64,000 bases of DNA from Paraspadella gotoi. Its lineage: Eukaryota; Animalia; Chaetognatha. Shown in pieces: positions 23,760 to 34,086 of this stretch. The position numbers were made by a program, and so were the translations under genes. The notes beneath the pieces were generated by a model, which saw only the letters and a list, made by a program, of their open reading frames with translations, searched no databases and had not been told where the DNA came from. The stretch lies in contig JBJCIZ010000239.1 of NCBI GenBank assembly GCA_051294375.1, positions 7,006,852 through 7,070,851 on the forward strand, in the 5' to 3' direction. Position 1 is the first letter of the stretch. Each line of letters starts with the position of its first letter.

Positions 23760-24929
23760 TCATCATCTACTTTTTCCCATCTCTCCTTCAACTCACGGCA
23801 TCTTTGGCCTGAGAAGGGAAAGAGTGAGTAGAAAGAGAAGAAGAGAAAGAAAGAAAGAAAGAAATAAAGAAATAAGAAATAAAGAAAGAAAGAAAGAAAG
23901 AATAAGGAGGAGAAGAGAAAAAGAGAGAGAGACAGAGAAAAAGAGAGAGAGAGAGAAAAAATTTCGTTGCATTTATTATCATCAGACGCGTTTTCATCTT
24001 TGCTCGCGGCGAATAAAAACTCTCTCTTTCTCTCTCTCGTTTTCTCTCTCTCTCTCTCTCTCTCTCTCTGCTCTCTCTCTCTCTCTCTCTCTCTCTCGCT
24101 CTCTCTCTCTCCTCCCTCTTCTCTCTTGTTGTTCATGTTTTTCTCTTTCGTTCATAAGTCATAGTGTTTTTCCTTTTATTTAAACAATACCATTAACTTA
24201 AAAGCTTAGACTTTGACTAAATCAGAAATTTAAAAAAATAATATCAAAAATGAGAATAAAATAACAGAAAATACTTAGAAAGGAATCATAAAACAAAGGG
24301 AAAAAAGTAAATGCTTCAATTGTATAGTTTGTAATATTTTTCATAATTTTCGAAATTATATTTGGTTTTATATAGAATTCATTAACGTTATAACTCGTTA
24401 GTTACTTTAATACTCATCTCGTCCTCGGTTCTTTGCTTGGATTGGTTTGTAACTTATTTCTCGTTCAGTTATTGGCCGTATTCTCAAAAGTTGAAAAATC
24501 ATTTCAATTGGTCTATTTATATATTAAGAAGTATAAAAGCGCAAATAAACTTTTAACTTTAGGAGTCTGCCCAGGAGACATTAGGTAACATGATGAAATA
24601 TTTTGTAATTTTTGAAATGAATTAATATTTCTAATCATTGAAAATTTGTACAGCTCTATCTCACTGAACTGGTTCTGTTTGAGCTCTGATTATTTTATTT
24701 ATAAAATGAATGCGAATTGGGTTGATTCTCTCCTTTGATAGCGAAATGGCTTCGCCTCGTGATATCTACAAGGTATAAATTAGGTTACAGCAAAGCGCTC
24801 AATGTTTTTCAATAACAATCTCCACTAATAAGAAACTAATCCCCAACTCTGAATTCTTCCGCCAATTCTCAAGCCCGCGACGCCATCCAACCCCATTCTA
24901 ACGGTCTAATCCCCCCCCCACCAAAACAG

Positions 24930-25055
24930 AGAGGTGGATGGCGCCAACAGACCGGCGCCCGCGGATCGAGAACGAGCGAGCCCCACCTTCAAAGCAATCG
25001 CCCTTACCCAAAAGAATCACGGACCCACTCTGAGGCTAGACAACCTTACCAACAG
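24930..25055 (+). CDS. Ig-superfamily exon D: middle of Ig domain 2
   Basis: ccaaaacag|, phase 0: RGGWRQQTGARGSRT..APTFKAIALTQKNHGPTLRLDNLTN(R). The donor lacks its T in this copy but reads ag|gtgagt in the inverted copy at 52023. Confidence 0.7.
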
Positions 25056-25071
25056 GGAGTTGAGCGCTGCA

Positions 25072-25119
<48 letters not shown>

Positions 25120-25407
25120 TCTCTCTTCTCACTCTCTCTCTCTCTCTCGGTTTCTGTCTGTCTGTCCCACTTGCATTATAATGCTCTTTGGTAGATCTTT
25201 TGTTATTTTTTTCCTGACATGAAGAGAACCTCGAAACTAAGCGACTGCTGAGACGCCTCCTTTTGTTTTAATTAAACTCCTATAAGAATAAAAGACGCCT
25301 CCAATGCGATGGGTGTTGAACATAAATAACAAAGTCCTTGAGGCGCAATACACATTGGAATCTCCGTTCTTGTTTTTTACGCATTTATATCTTTTTCACA
25401 TCATCCG

Positions 25408-25438
<31 letters not shown>

Positions 25439-26023
25439 CATTGCTTTCAAGTCTTGACTAGATCAAAGATCTCGGGGAGGAGGAGGAGGAGGCAGGAGGA
25501 GGAGGAAGAGGAAAAGGAGATTCGAACAGTCAAACGATTATGCAGAAAGAGAGAGAGAAATAGAGAAAGACAGCGAGAGAGAGAGAGAGAGAGAGACGTG
25601 GGTGTGTTTTCGCTTGAACCGCCAGAGTATAAAAAGCGTGCGGTTAATTAACTGTATGAAACACCTTAATGCTTTTAAGCAGCAGATTTTAATAGTCAGA
25701 AAAAACGCGAGTCGAGAAATTCGTTATAAAGGAATAGGGTGGGGCTGGTGGGATTTTGAATTTGCTGAGGGTGAGAACTAAGTACTAAGTACTTTCTTAG
25801 CCCCAACCTTTCAATATTTTTATCATTCAATGTCTAATTATTCGATATAAAAAAAAATCATCACTATGGCTATTTTAACGATCAAAATAAGTTTATACTT
25901 AAAAACATTTACAAGGACTCGACCCACCAAAATTTACTATCGTTTTTTTTTAAATTAAATGAATGTTTCGAAAGTTAGCTAAATAACTTAATATAAAATT
26001 TCGAAAAAAATCTCTCCGCCCAG

Positions 26024-26209
26024 GACTTCGGCGTGTACAAGTGTCTCGCCGAGAACAGAGTTCGGTTCGACTACGACGAGATTTACGTCAACGGCGGCGC
26101 CTCGGCCAAAACCCGGAAAGGGGCGTGGCTCGGCGCCGGTGGCGTTCTCGGCGGCGGCCTCCGGCGCCGGAGAGCGGAGTCAATTGACGTCGTTGTCCTC
26201 TCGGCATCG
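26024..26209 (+). CDS. Ig-superfamily exon E: end of Ig domain 2, Gly-rich stalk and start of the TM helix
   Basis: tctctccgcccag| ... |gtgagt. Corrected with the copy at 50887-51073: (R)DFGVYKCLAENEFGFDYDEIYVNGGASAKTGKGRGSAPGGVLGGGSGAGERSQLDVVVLSAS, a canonical DxGxYxCxAxNxxG motif. Confidence 0.85.
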
Positions 26210-26919
26210 GTGAGTTCCGGTTATTTTTGAAAAAAAAAAAAATTTTATTTATCTTAAAGTAGTACTCAAAATAATATATTTTAAGGCTGCTGATGAGATT
26301 TGAAATACAAGTCGAAACATGTCCCAATTATTGCTAAAATAAATCGTTGCTAAACCAAATTCGAACTCTCTTCTAATTGTTGATTTAAATATTTCAATTC
26401 ATATATAGATATTACTATTGATAAATCAAATTTTATTCTCTATATTATAAACTATAAAAAATATAATGCAATCCAGGGGGTGTATCAATTTCTGTCCCCA
26501 GGGGAATATGATTGTATGTCTCCCTCATTGTTAAAAAAATTGTCCCCTCGACCCCAACGCCAGGGTGCGCCCGCAGTTTTAGAGGAAAACATACTTGGGG
26601 GTGAAGGTAAAAGAAGAGGTAGGGTGGCTAAGGGGCATCATACGTGACAATAGTAGTGACATTTGACGTAACATTATATGGAATAATTCACATGGGATTC
26701 GAACAGGGAGCAAGACGTGCCATTTGTTGTTGACACTCTACGTCTAATTTCACGCCACGTGAAGTTTAACGTAGCAATGCGTGACAAAGCATAAAAGCAA
26801 AGCAAGGATTGGCGTTAACGGTCTTTTCAGCGTAGTTAACTTAAGTATGAAACCAGTAGGAACAGTATGAACATGGACAGAAATGAAAATTCAAAAAATT
26901 ACTCTTAAATGGTAAAACC

Positions 26920-27035
26920 TTATTTGGCAGTAAAAGGGAATAAACGGGACTGTGAGAGAGTCTTGATTGAAAGCTTGCAGGGACCTGCTATGTAATTATC
27001 TTGTAAGAGTGATGGAGGCCTTAAACCACCAAAGC
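26920..27035 (-). CDS. Candidate terminal exon of an antisense gene
   Basis: cccctgactttggacag|, phase 1, open to TAA: (G)FGGLRPPSLLQDNYIAGPCKLSIKTLSQSRLFPFTAK*. Same frame in the independent copy at ~50051-50166. Confidence 0.4.
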
Positions 27036-27139
27036 CTGTCCAAAGTCAGGGGGCAAATAGCTTATTTATTAAATGAATGGATATGTTTTTATATTGGTTG
27101 TACCAATTTTCATGGAAAACATAACCATTAACCGATTAC

Positions 27140-27353
27140 CGTCTACCATCTCGATCCGCCAATTGCCATTCGGATGATACAGTCGCTACCTGGAACTTGA
27201 GCCCGCAACCCAAGCAGAAGAGCGCGATTTTTCCTTTGAACCATTTCGATTGCAACGGGGGGCATCCATTGCAAAGGAGACGACGCGCGTTGGCGGGAAC
27301 CAATTGGTCGGAATCGTTCCATCTGACGAGGACCAACCCAATCCGAAAAGTGT
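27140..27353 (-). CDS. Candidate internal exon of an antisense gene (frameshifted by errors)
   Basis: GC-richer island; weak acceptor ccggag|, donor g|gtaatc, phase 1-1; starts (D)TFRIGLVLVRWNDSDQLVPANA and ends HPNGNWRIEMVD(G). Confidence 0.35.
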
Positions 27354-27492
27354 CTCCGGTCAAACATTGATGAATATAAATTAATAAATTACGTATTAAT
27401 AAATCGATGGGGGTCATTTAATTTAAATTTATTAAATTTAAATTTTAAAAACATTCTTTGTTTTCTTTACTTTTCGTTGCGTTTTTGTTTTT

Positions 27493-27649
27493 AGGTAGAA
27501 AACGAATTGTTGTTAACATACGACTTTTATATGAACATAAATTTCGGACATGTTTCGGACGACATTAAAGTCGAAACACGTCCGAAATTTGTTTCATAAT
27601 AAAAGTTGTTGTATGTTAACAAACAAATTAAACAATTCATTTTCTACCT
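27493..27649. mobile_element. 157-bp imperfect palindrome, MITE-like (copies at 43647-43803 and ~49432-49591)
   Basis: Arms aggtagaaaa..gaattg..tgttaacata..aaatttcggac / gtccgaaattt..tatgttaaca..caattc..ttttctacct around a short loop. Confidence 0.7.
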
Positions 27650-28049
27650 CAAATTTAAAACCAGATCCCAACGAATTAAACATAATTCTGCCAAGGAGAA
27701 ATTTGGGGTTGTCTCTGCATATAAAATTAGTACAACCAATATAGAAAAAATGAGCTATCTTGCGACTGGCTTTCCCTAGTCATTAATTTAATATATAATA
27801 TATAATATTTAATATATATGTATAATATATCAATATTGTTTCAATTGTTTGAAAAAAAAATTTCTAAAGTATTAGATGGCGGAATTACAATTATTACAAT
27901 TATTACAATAACAATTTAATACCGTTATAGCAATTTACCCCACAAATTCGTTCAATATTCAACAAAGCCAGACAAACTCAAATCGATTCTCTCCCAACTA
28001 CAAAAAGGAGACCTTTTTAATTTACGAGTTGGAATGAACCAACACTTAC

Positions 28050-28165
28050 CCTCGGATGCTTACCCAATTCCACGACGGACCTCGTTCATCGCGCGAAGAG
28101 GGGGGGGGGGCGAGGGGGGGTTGAGACAAGGCGGGGGTGGAAGGTGATGCGGCGCCCCGGCTGTC
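28050..28165 (-). CDS. Candidate internal exon of an antisense gene
   Basis: ggacccag|, phase 1: (G)QPGRRITFHPRLVSTPPRPP.. then SSRDERG in a shifted frame, PSVEL in the inverted copy; two tandem donors, |gtaagc (28063) and consensus |gtaagt (28049). Confidence 0.4.
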
Positions 28166-28195
28166 CTGGGTCCGACGTTTGTGGGTCAGTCGAGT

Positions 28196-28240
<45 letters not shown>

Positions 28241-28405
28241 GAGAGAGAAAGAGAGAGAGAGAAAGAGGAGCGTTATAGAGAGGTGTGTCTACCAGCACAA
28301 TGGCTCATGGGCTGGCCAATCAAAGGAGAACGGTGACCTCATATGAGTAATAAGGAACTATTCCGGACGAATAAACCTTTTTTCTTACACTCATTAATGC
28401 TTTAT

Positions 28406-28488
<83 letters not shown>

Positions 28489-29053
28489 TCTTCTGCGTTT
28501 AAGATGGAATAGAATAACAGTAAGATATCATTGACATTAAAGAAGGAGTATACATTAAAACAATAAAACAAAAATGTCGAAAGGCTAAAAGCTCAAAATA
28601 TAGAGCTGGCATCGATGGATCTCGGGTCAACAAAAAAAGCAATCAAGAATAACCAAAAAAAATTAAAAAAAAAAATAATAATATATTTAAAAAAAGACAA
28701 AACAAAAAAAAACTAATTATAATGAGAAATAAAATAAATAATAAATTTATTAGATAAAATAATTGGATAATATTAAAAAAGGCAAAAGACAAAAACAATA
28801 AAGAATAAAACAAAGGAGCAAACAAAAAAAACAAAGGAGCAAACAAAAAAAGGAGCCAAACAAAAAGCAAAAGAGCAAAACAAAAAAAACAAAAAAAACA
28901 AAGGAGCAAAACAAAAAAAAACAAAGGAGCAAAACCAAAAAACAAAGGAGCAACGTTACCGAAGAGAAGGAATATTCCCGAATTAACCCTTCGCTCTTGA
29001 ACGTGAAGAACCACGACGATCAGTGCCATTGTGAACTGGAGGATCCAGACACA

Positions 29054-29109
<56 letters not shown>

Positions 29110-29315
29110 CTCTTCTCGTCATCTCTCTCTTCGCTCCTCTCTCTTCTCCCCGTCTCTCTCTTCTTCACTCAAAAAATCCAGACTTAGCCTTTTGCCCCGA
29201 CGACATTCGACACCATGGCTTCCCCCCCCACCCCCCCTCGATCCACGCTTCACGAACCCTACCCTTCACTAGCGCCTTCTCCTGTCACGGACTCCTTTGT
29301 GCGTAAAATTCGCAA

Positions 29316-29357
<42 letters not shown>

Positions 29358-29465
29358 TTTTTTTTTGCCGCTTTTCTCATGTCAGGTGTTGTTACTTGTC
29401 GGGGGCTTCGTTTAAATCTCTGTCTCTCTCTCTCTCTCTCTCCTCCTCTCTCTCTCTCTCTTTCG

Positions 29466-29506
<41 letters not shown>

Positions 29507-29654
29507 CCCTCCTCCCTCTCTCTTTTCTCCTTCCAAGACTTACAAATTATCTCCATTTTTCGTCTTCCGCATACAAAGTCGCTTTTATTCCGATTCATTG
29601 ACAAAAAGTATCGCGACCTTTGTTCGACAAAAAAAAAAAGCCAAATTTGCTGTC

Positions 29655-29935
29655 CCGAGGCGCCTTGCTGATCTAAGGCGCCCCTGCTTTGCCGGGCGCC
29701 TTGTTATACCTAGGCGCGTTTACCATTCCAGGAAGCTGTGCCGTCCGAGGCGCCTGCCCATTCAAAGAATCCTTGCCATGCCAAGGTGTCTATGCAATCT
29801 CTGACCATCTTTATGTCCAATGAAGCCCAAATGGCCATGGTGCCCTGCTTTGCGTTCAAGGCGCCCTGCCGTCCCGTGGTACCCCCCCCCTGCCCGGCAT
29901 TCCAAGGCGCCCGGCCGATCCAAGTGCCAGATTGG
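29655..29935. repeat. Degenerate 18-bp GC-rich repeat (CCAAGGCGCCCTGCCATT-like), possibly coding
   Basis: About 13 units in two blocks separated by ~40 bp; cleaner in the inverted copy at ~47140-47410. Confidence 0.7.
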
Positions 29936-30109
29936 GTGGACGACAGCAAATGTCGCGTTGCCGCCAGTGATGAGACATCGCTGAGAGACGCCACCCCCAT
30001 CCCAGAAAGGGGGGACAGCATAAAATCACATACAGCCTCGCTAGTCGCTACCCAGCATTAACTACTTTTTATAAAATCTGCTGCCACTCCCCGCGTTGAC
30101 CCTGGCTTT

Positions 30110-30200
30110 TGGAATGTCAGCCTTTTGGGAATGTCAGCCTTCAGAATGTCAGCCTGTCCGGAATGTCAGACTTCGGAATGTCAGTCTTTCGAATGTCAGA
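30110..30200. repeat. ~16-bp tandem repeat GGAATGTCAG(C/A/T)CTTT, 6 copies
   Basis: Directly visible; inverted copy at ~46870-46965. Confidence 0.85.
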
Positions 30201-30565
30201 CTTATATATTTTTAAAAAATCACATCGAGTTTCGTTTCCGCTTGTTGGTTCCTACTCGTAGTTAAGGGGCGGCGACCCTCGACCCCTCTCCACTCTCTCT
30301 CCTCCTCTCTCTCCTCTCCCCTCTCCTCTCTTCTCTCCTCTCCTCTTCTTCTTCCTCTCTCCTCCCCCTCCACTCCCTCTCCTCCCCCCTCTCCTCCCCC
30401 TCTGCTCCCCCCTTTCCTTTTTTTTCTAATTTCGCCAAAATGTCAAGTATTTTTTTTTACATTTTGTCAGTTTTACAAATATTTATTTTTTAAATTTTTC
30501 CGTTTTCCATTTTTCCCCACTTTGCACTGGGGGTGGTTATTGAAAATTTGGTTTAGTTTTTTCTG

Positions 30566-31958
30566 TTTTTTTTTTTTTTTTTTTTTCATTTTTGACATTT
30601 TCCCTTCCGGGTCCCCCATCCGTTTCCCGCAAAACGAAGGGTAACATTTTTTGTGGCGTATTAAAGTTCGGTTACCAAAAGTTAACAAGTTTGAGTCAAA
30701 CAATGTCGTATCTGCACGCGGATTGAGATGCGTCAATTTGAGAAAACACTATTTTGAGATGCGTCAGTTTGAGATACTCCAGTTTTAGAGGCGCTAATTT
30801 CAGCGAACGCCATTTTGAGAATGTGTCAATTTGAGAGAATGTTATTTTGAGATGAGTCAATTTGAGAGAACGCCATTTTGAGATGCCGTCGATTTGATGA
30901 TAATGCCATTTTCAGCATGCGTCAATTTGAAATAACGCCATTTTCAGATGGGTAAATTTAAAATAATGCCATTTTTGAGATGCGTCAATTTAAAGAATGC
31001 CATTTTGAGCTGTGTCAATTTGAGAGAAACGCCATTTTGAGATGCGTAAATTTGAGAGAATGCCTTTTTAAGATGCGTAAATTTGAGGCGCCCATTTCCG
31101 TGAATTGACACTTTAGATGGAAAAAGGTAAAAAAAAATTTTTTGTGAGTGAACAAGAATTTTGAAAGAAATCCATTTCGCCCGCAGTTCAGTGTCGAGCC
31201 CATTTGTCGTGATTCCATTTTTTTGGACGGATGGAGAGAGAGAGAGGAGAAGAGAGAGAGAGAGAGAGAGAGAAGAGAGAGAGAGAATCTCTCTCTCTCT
31301 CTCCATCCGTCCAAAAAAATGGAATCACACAAAATGGGCTCGACACTGAACTGCGGGCGAAATGGATTTCTTTCAAAATTCTTGTCACTCAAAAAATTTT
31401 TTTTTTCCTTTTCCATCTAAAGTGTCAATTCACGGAAATGGCGCCTCAAATTTACGCATCTTAAAAAGGCATTCTCTCAAATTTACGCATCTCAAAATGG
31501 CGTTCTCTCAAATTGACACAGCTCAAAATGGCATTCTTTTAAATTGACGCATCTCAAAATGGCATTCTTTTAAATTTACCCATCTGAAAATGGCGTTATT
31601 TCAAATTGACGCATCTGAAAATGGCATTATCTCAAATCGACGCATCTCAAAATGGCGTTCTCTCAAATTGACTCATCTCAAAATAACATTCTCTCAAATT
31701 GACACATCTCAAAATGGCGTTCGCTGAAATTAGCGCCTCTCAAAATGGAGTTATCTCAAACTGACGCATCTCAAAATAGTGTTTTCTCAAATTGACGCAT
31801 CTCAGATCCGCGTGCAGATCCGACATTGTTTGCTCAAACTTGTTAACTTTGGTAACCGAACGTTTAAATACGCCACAAAAAATGTTACCCTTCGTTTTGC
31901 GGGAAACGGATGGGGGACCCGGAAGGGAAAATGTCAAAAATGAAAAAAAAAAAAAAAA
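30566..31958. repeat. ~700-bp-arm fold-back palindrome centred on a (GA)n/(CT)n junction near 31287
   Basis: 31288-31958 is the reverse complement of ~30566-31250 with scattered indels and ends at a 25-N gap. Confidence 0.9.
30727..31090. repeat. 31-bp minisatellite GATGCGTCAATTTGAGAGAACGCCATTTTGA, ~12 copies
   Basis: Head-to-tail units; mirrored at ~31440-31805 by the fold-back. Confidence 0.9.
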
Positions 31959-31983
31959 NNNNNNNNNNNNNNNNNNNNNNNNN

Positions 31984-33866
31984 TTTAATTAGTGAACATG
32001 AGTAGACATTAAGTTTAATAAAAAAAAAGAATTTTATGTTTTTTTTTAAAAATTTTTCGGGCAGTAGGCATATATATTCATCAAAATTTCAAAATAGGCT
32101 TTGCTTAATTCTTATGGCTAGATTTAAAGTTTTTCATCAAAAGTTAATAAAGAAAATAAATAACATTATAGTGGGTTAAAAAAAGTTAAAAACAGTAATT
32201 CAACATATAAAATTTAAATTGTTCAGCTTAAAATATATAGTTTTTTAAAAATGAATTTTGGAACCGACTTAATTAAAGACTTTTTTTAATTTTTTTACTG
32301 AAATAACGCATTTTGAAATTTGTAAATATATTATAGAGTTTATTAATAAGGTATACATGTAGGCTACTGCATAATTTAAAAAAAAATATATTAAATCATT
32401 TTTTAGTTGATTAGAGAAGTACAAGGTTTCATTCATCACTTTTAAAATTTTTATTAAAGTTAAATTTAGATTTTTACAAACGCTCTAAAGTAGGGGGGGC
32501 CGGCGGATGTACGGAAGGGTGTTGGAGGATCTTGGATGTTGAATGGAGGGGGTTGTGGGAATTGAGGGGGGTGTGGGCAAGGGGGGCGGGAGAGTAGAGC
32601 GAAAAGTGAAAAAGTCAATCTTTTGGGAGGACATGAAAGTATAAATTGTTTTCTCGACGGGATTTCCTCTCGAATTGTTTCCGATTTCGAAATATCCTCC
32701 CTCGTTTTCCCGCACACACACGACCACTGTACCACTCACGACATCCAAAAAAAATATTGATGCTAAAAACGACAATTTTTTTAACGCAAACCAAACTCTG
32801 GAAAGAGAGCCCCCAGTTTTTTAAAAATTCAGAATTAATTTAATATTTTTTAAATTAAAAGATAGGTTAAGAGTTAGGCTAGTGATTGGATAAGAGATTT
32901 GGTGCAGTGATCTAGGATTAAGGTTAGAGATTAGGGTTACTTAATTAGGGATAATGGTTTTGGATTAGGGAAATGGGATTAGGGTTAATAGATTTGGTGA
33001 TAATTGTAAGTATAATTTAAATTAATATTAAAGTTTTGGAAAAGGAGAAAGTAGAAGCAAAAACTAATTAAAAAACGGTTTTTCTTACACCTCAATTGGT
33101 TAGCTGGTAACTTACTGTAAACACAAGTTATGAAACAGAACTAAGGGGGAGGCCAGTCTCAACGCACGAATGGGTCAAGGAATATTATTAGGCCCAAGAA
33201 AGAAGGTCCTTCCGAATTTCTTTTATAAGCTTTAATGAAATTTTTTTAATAAAAATAATAAAAAATCGATATTAACATAGAAATGAAATTTGTTTCTAGA
33301 TTCAAATCACGACCTTATCAATTTTCAATGATATTTTTCGATGACACGATTAAAATCTGATTACGAAATGTTTTTTTTTCAGTTGCGAAGCAATCTTTAT
33401 AAGTCACTTTGGAATCTGTCTGTCGGTCGATCAGTCGGTCGGTCAGTCGCATCGGTTGATTGTTTTGATTGATTGGCACTGGCGCTGTCCCAACTATAAA
33501 CCAATCACATTAAATTGTAAAATAATGCAGAACAAAATCGCACCAAGCTTCAATGTCATATAATGCGAAATCAAATCAATCAATCAGATTCAAATCAATC
33601 AATGCAATCAATAAAATCTAATTCCAAATCCAATTCACTCAAATCCCCCGGCCTCTTCCACCCAGGCCCTTTTCAAGTCCGCCTCCGGCACGAGCTTCGC
33701 CTCCAGTGCATCGCCTCCGGAAATCCTCGTCCGCGGATTCATGTGGGTGACGCCGCACTTACGAATTCGTTGGAAGGGAGGTCCTCGTTCAAGAAAAACA
33801 TCTCCGAGATGGATTTGGGTCAGGAGAGATTTATTTTCTTTTTTTTTTTTTTTTGTTTTTATTTTT

Positions 33867-33914
<48 letters not shown>

Positions 33915-34054
33915 TTGGATTTATTGATTTTATTGATTTATTGATTGATTGATTGATTTATTTATTTATTTATTTATTTTTTAATTTTTTATTTTTTTAT
34001 TTTATTTATTTATTTAGTTTTTTTTATTTATTTTATTTTTTTATTTTTTTATTT

Positions 34055-34086
<32 letters not shown>

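Noticed and set aside
26694-26704. tRNA or SINE suggested by GTTCGAATCCC on the - strand
   Set aside because: Only a B-box-like 11-mer; no convincing A box or cloverleaf.
28948-29034. + strand terminal exon SNVYRREGNIPELTLRSLNVKNHDDSVPL* (frame taken from the inverted copy)
   Set aside because: The acceptor lies in an A-rich repeat with no pyrimidine tract, and its phase 2 does not match exon E (phase 0); left unassigned.
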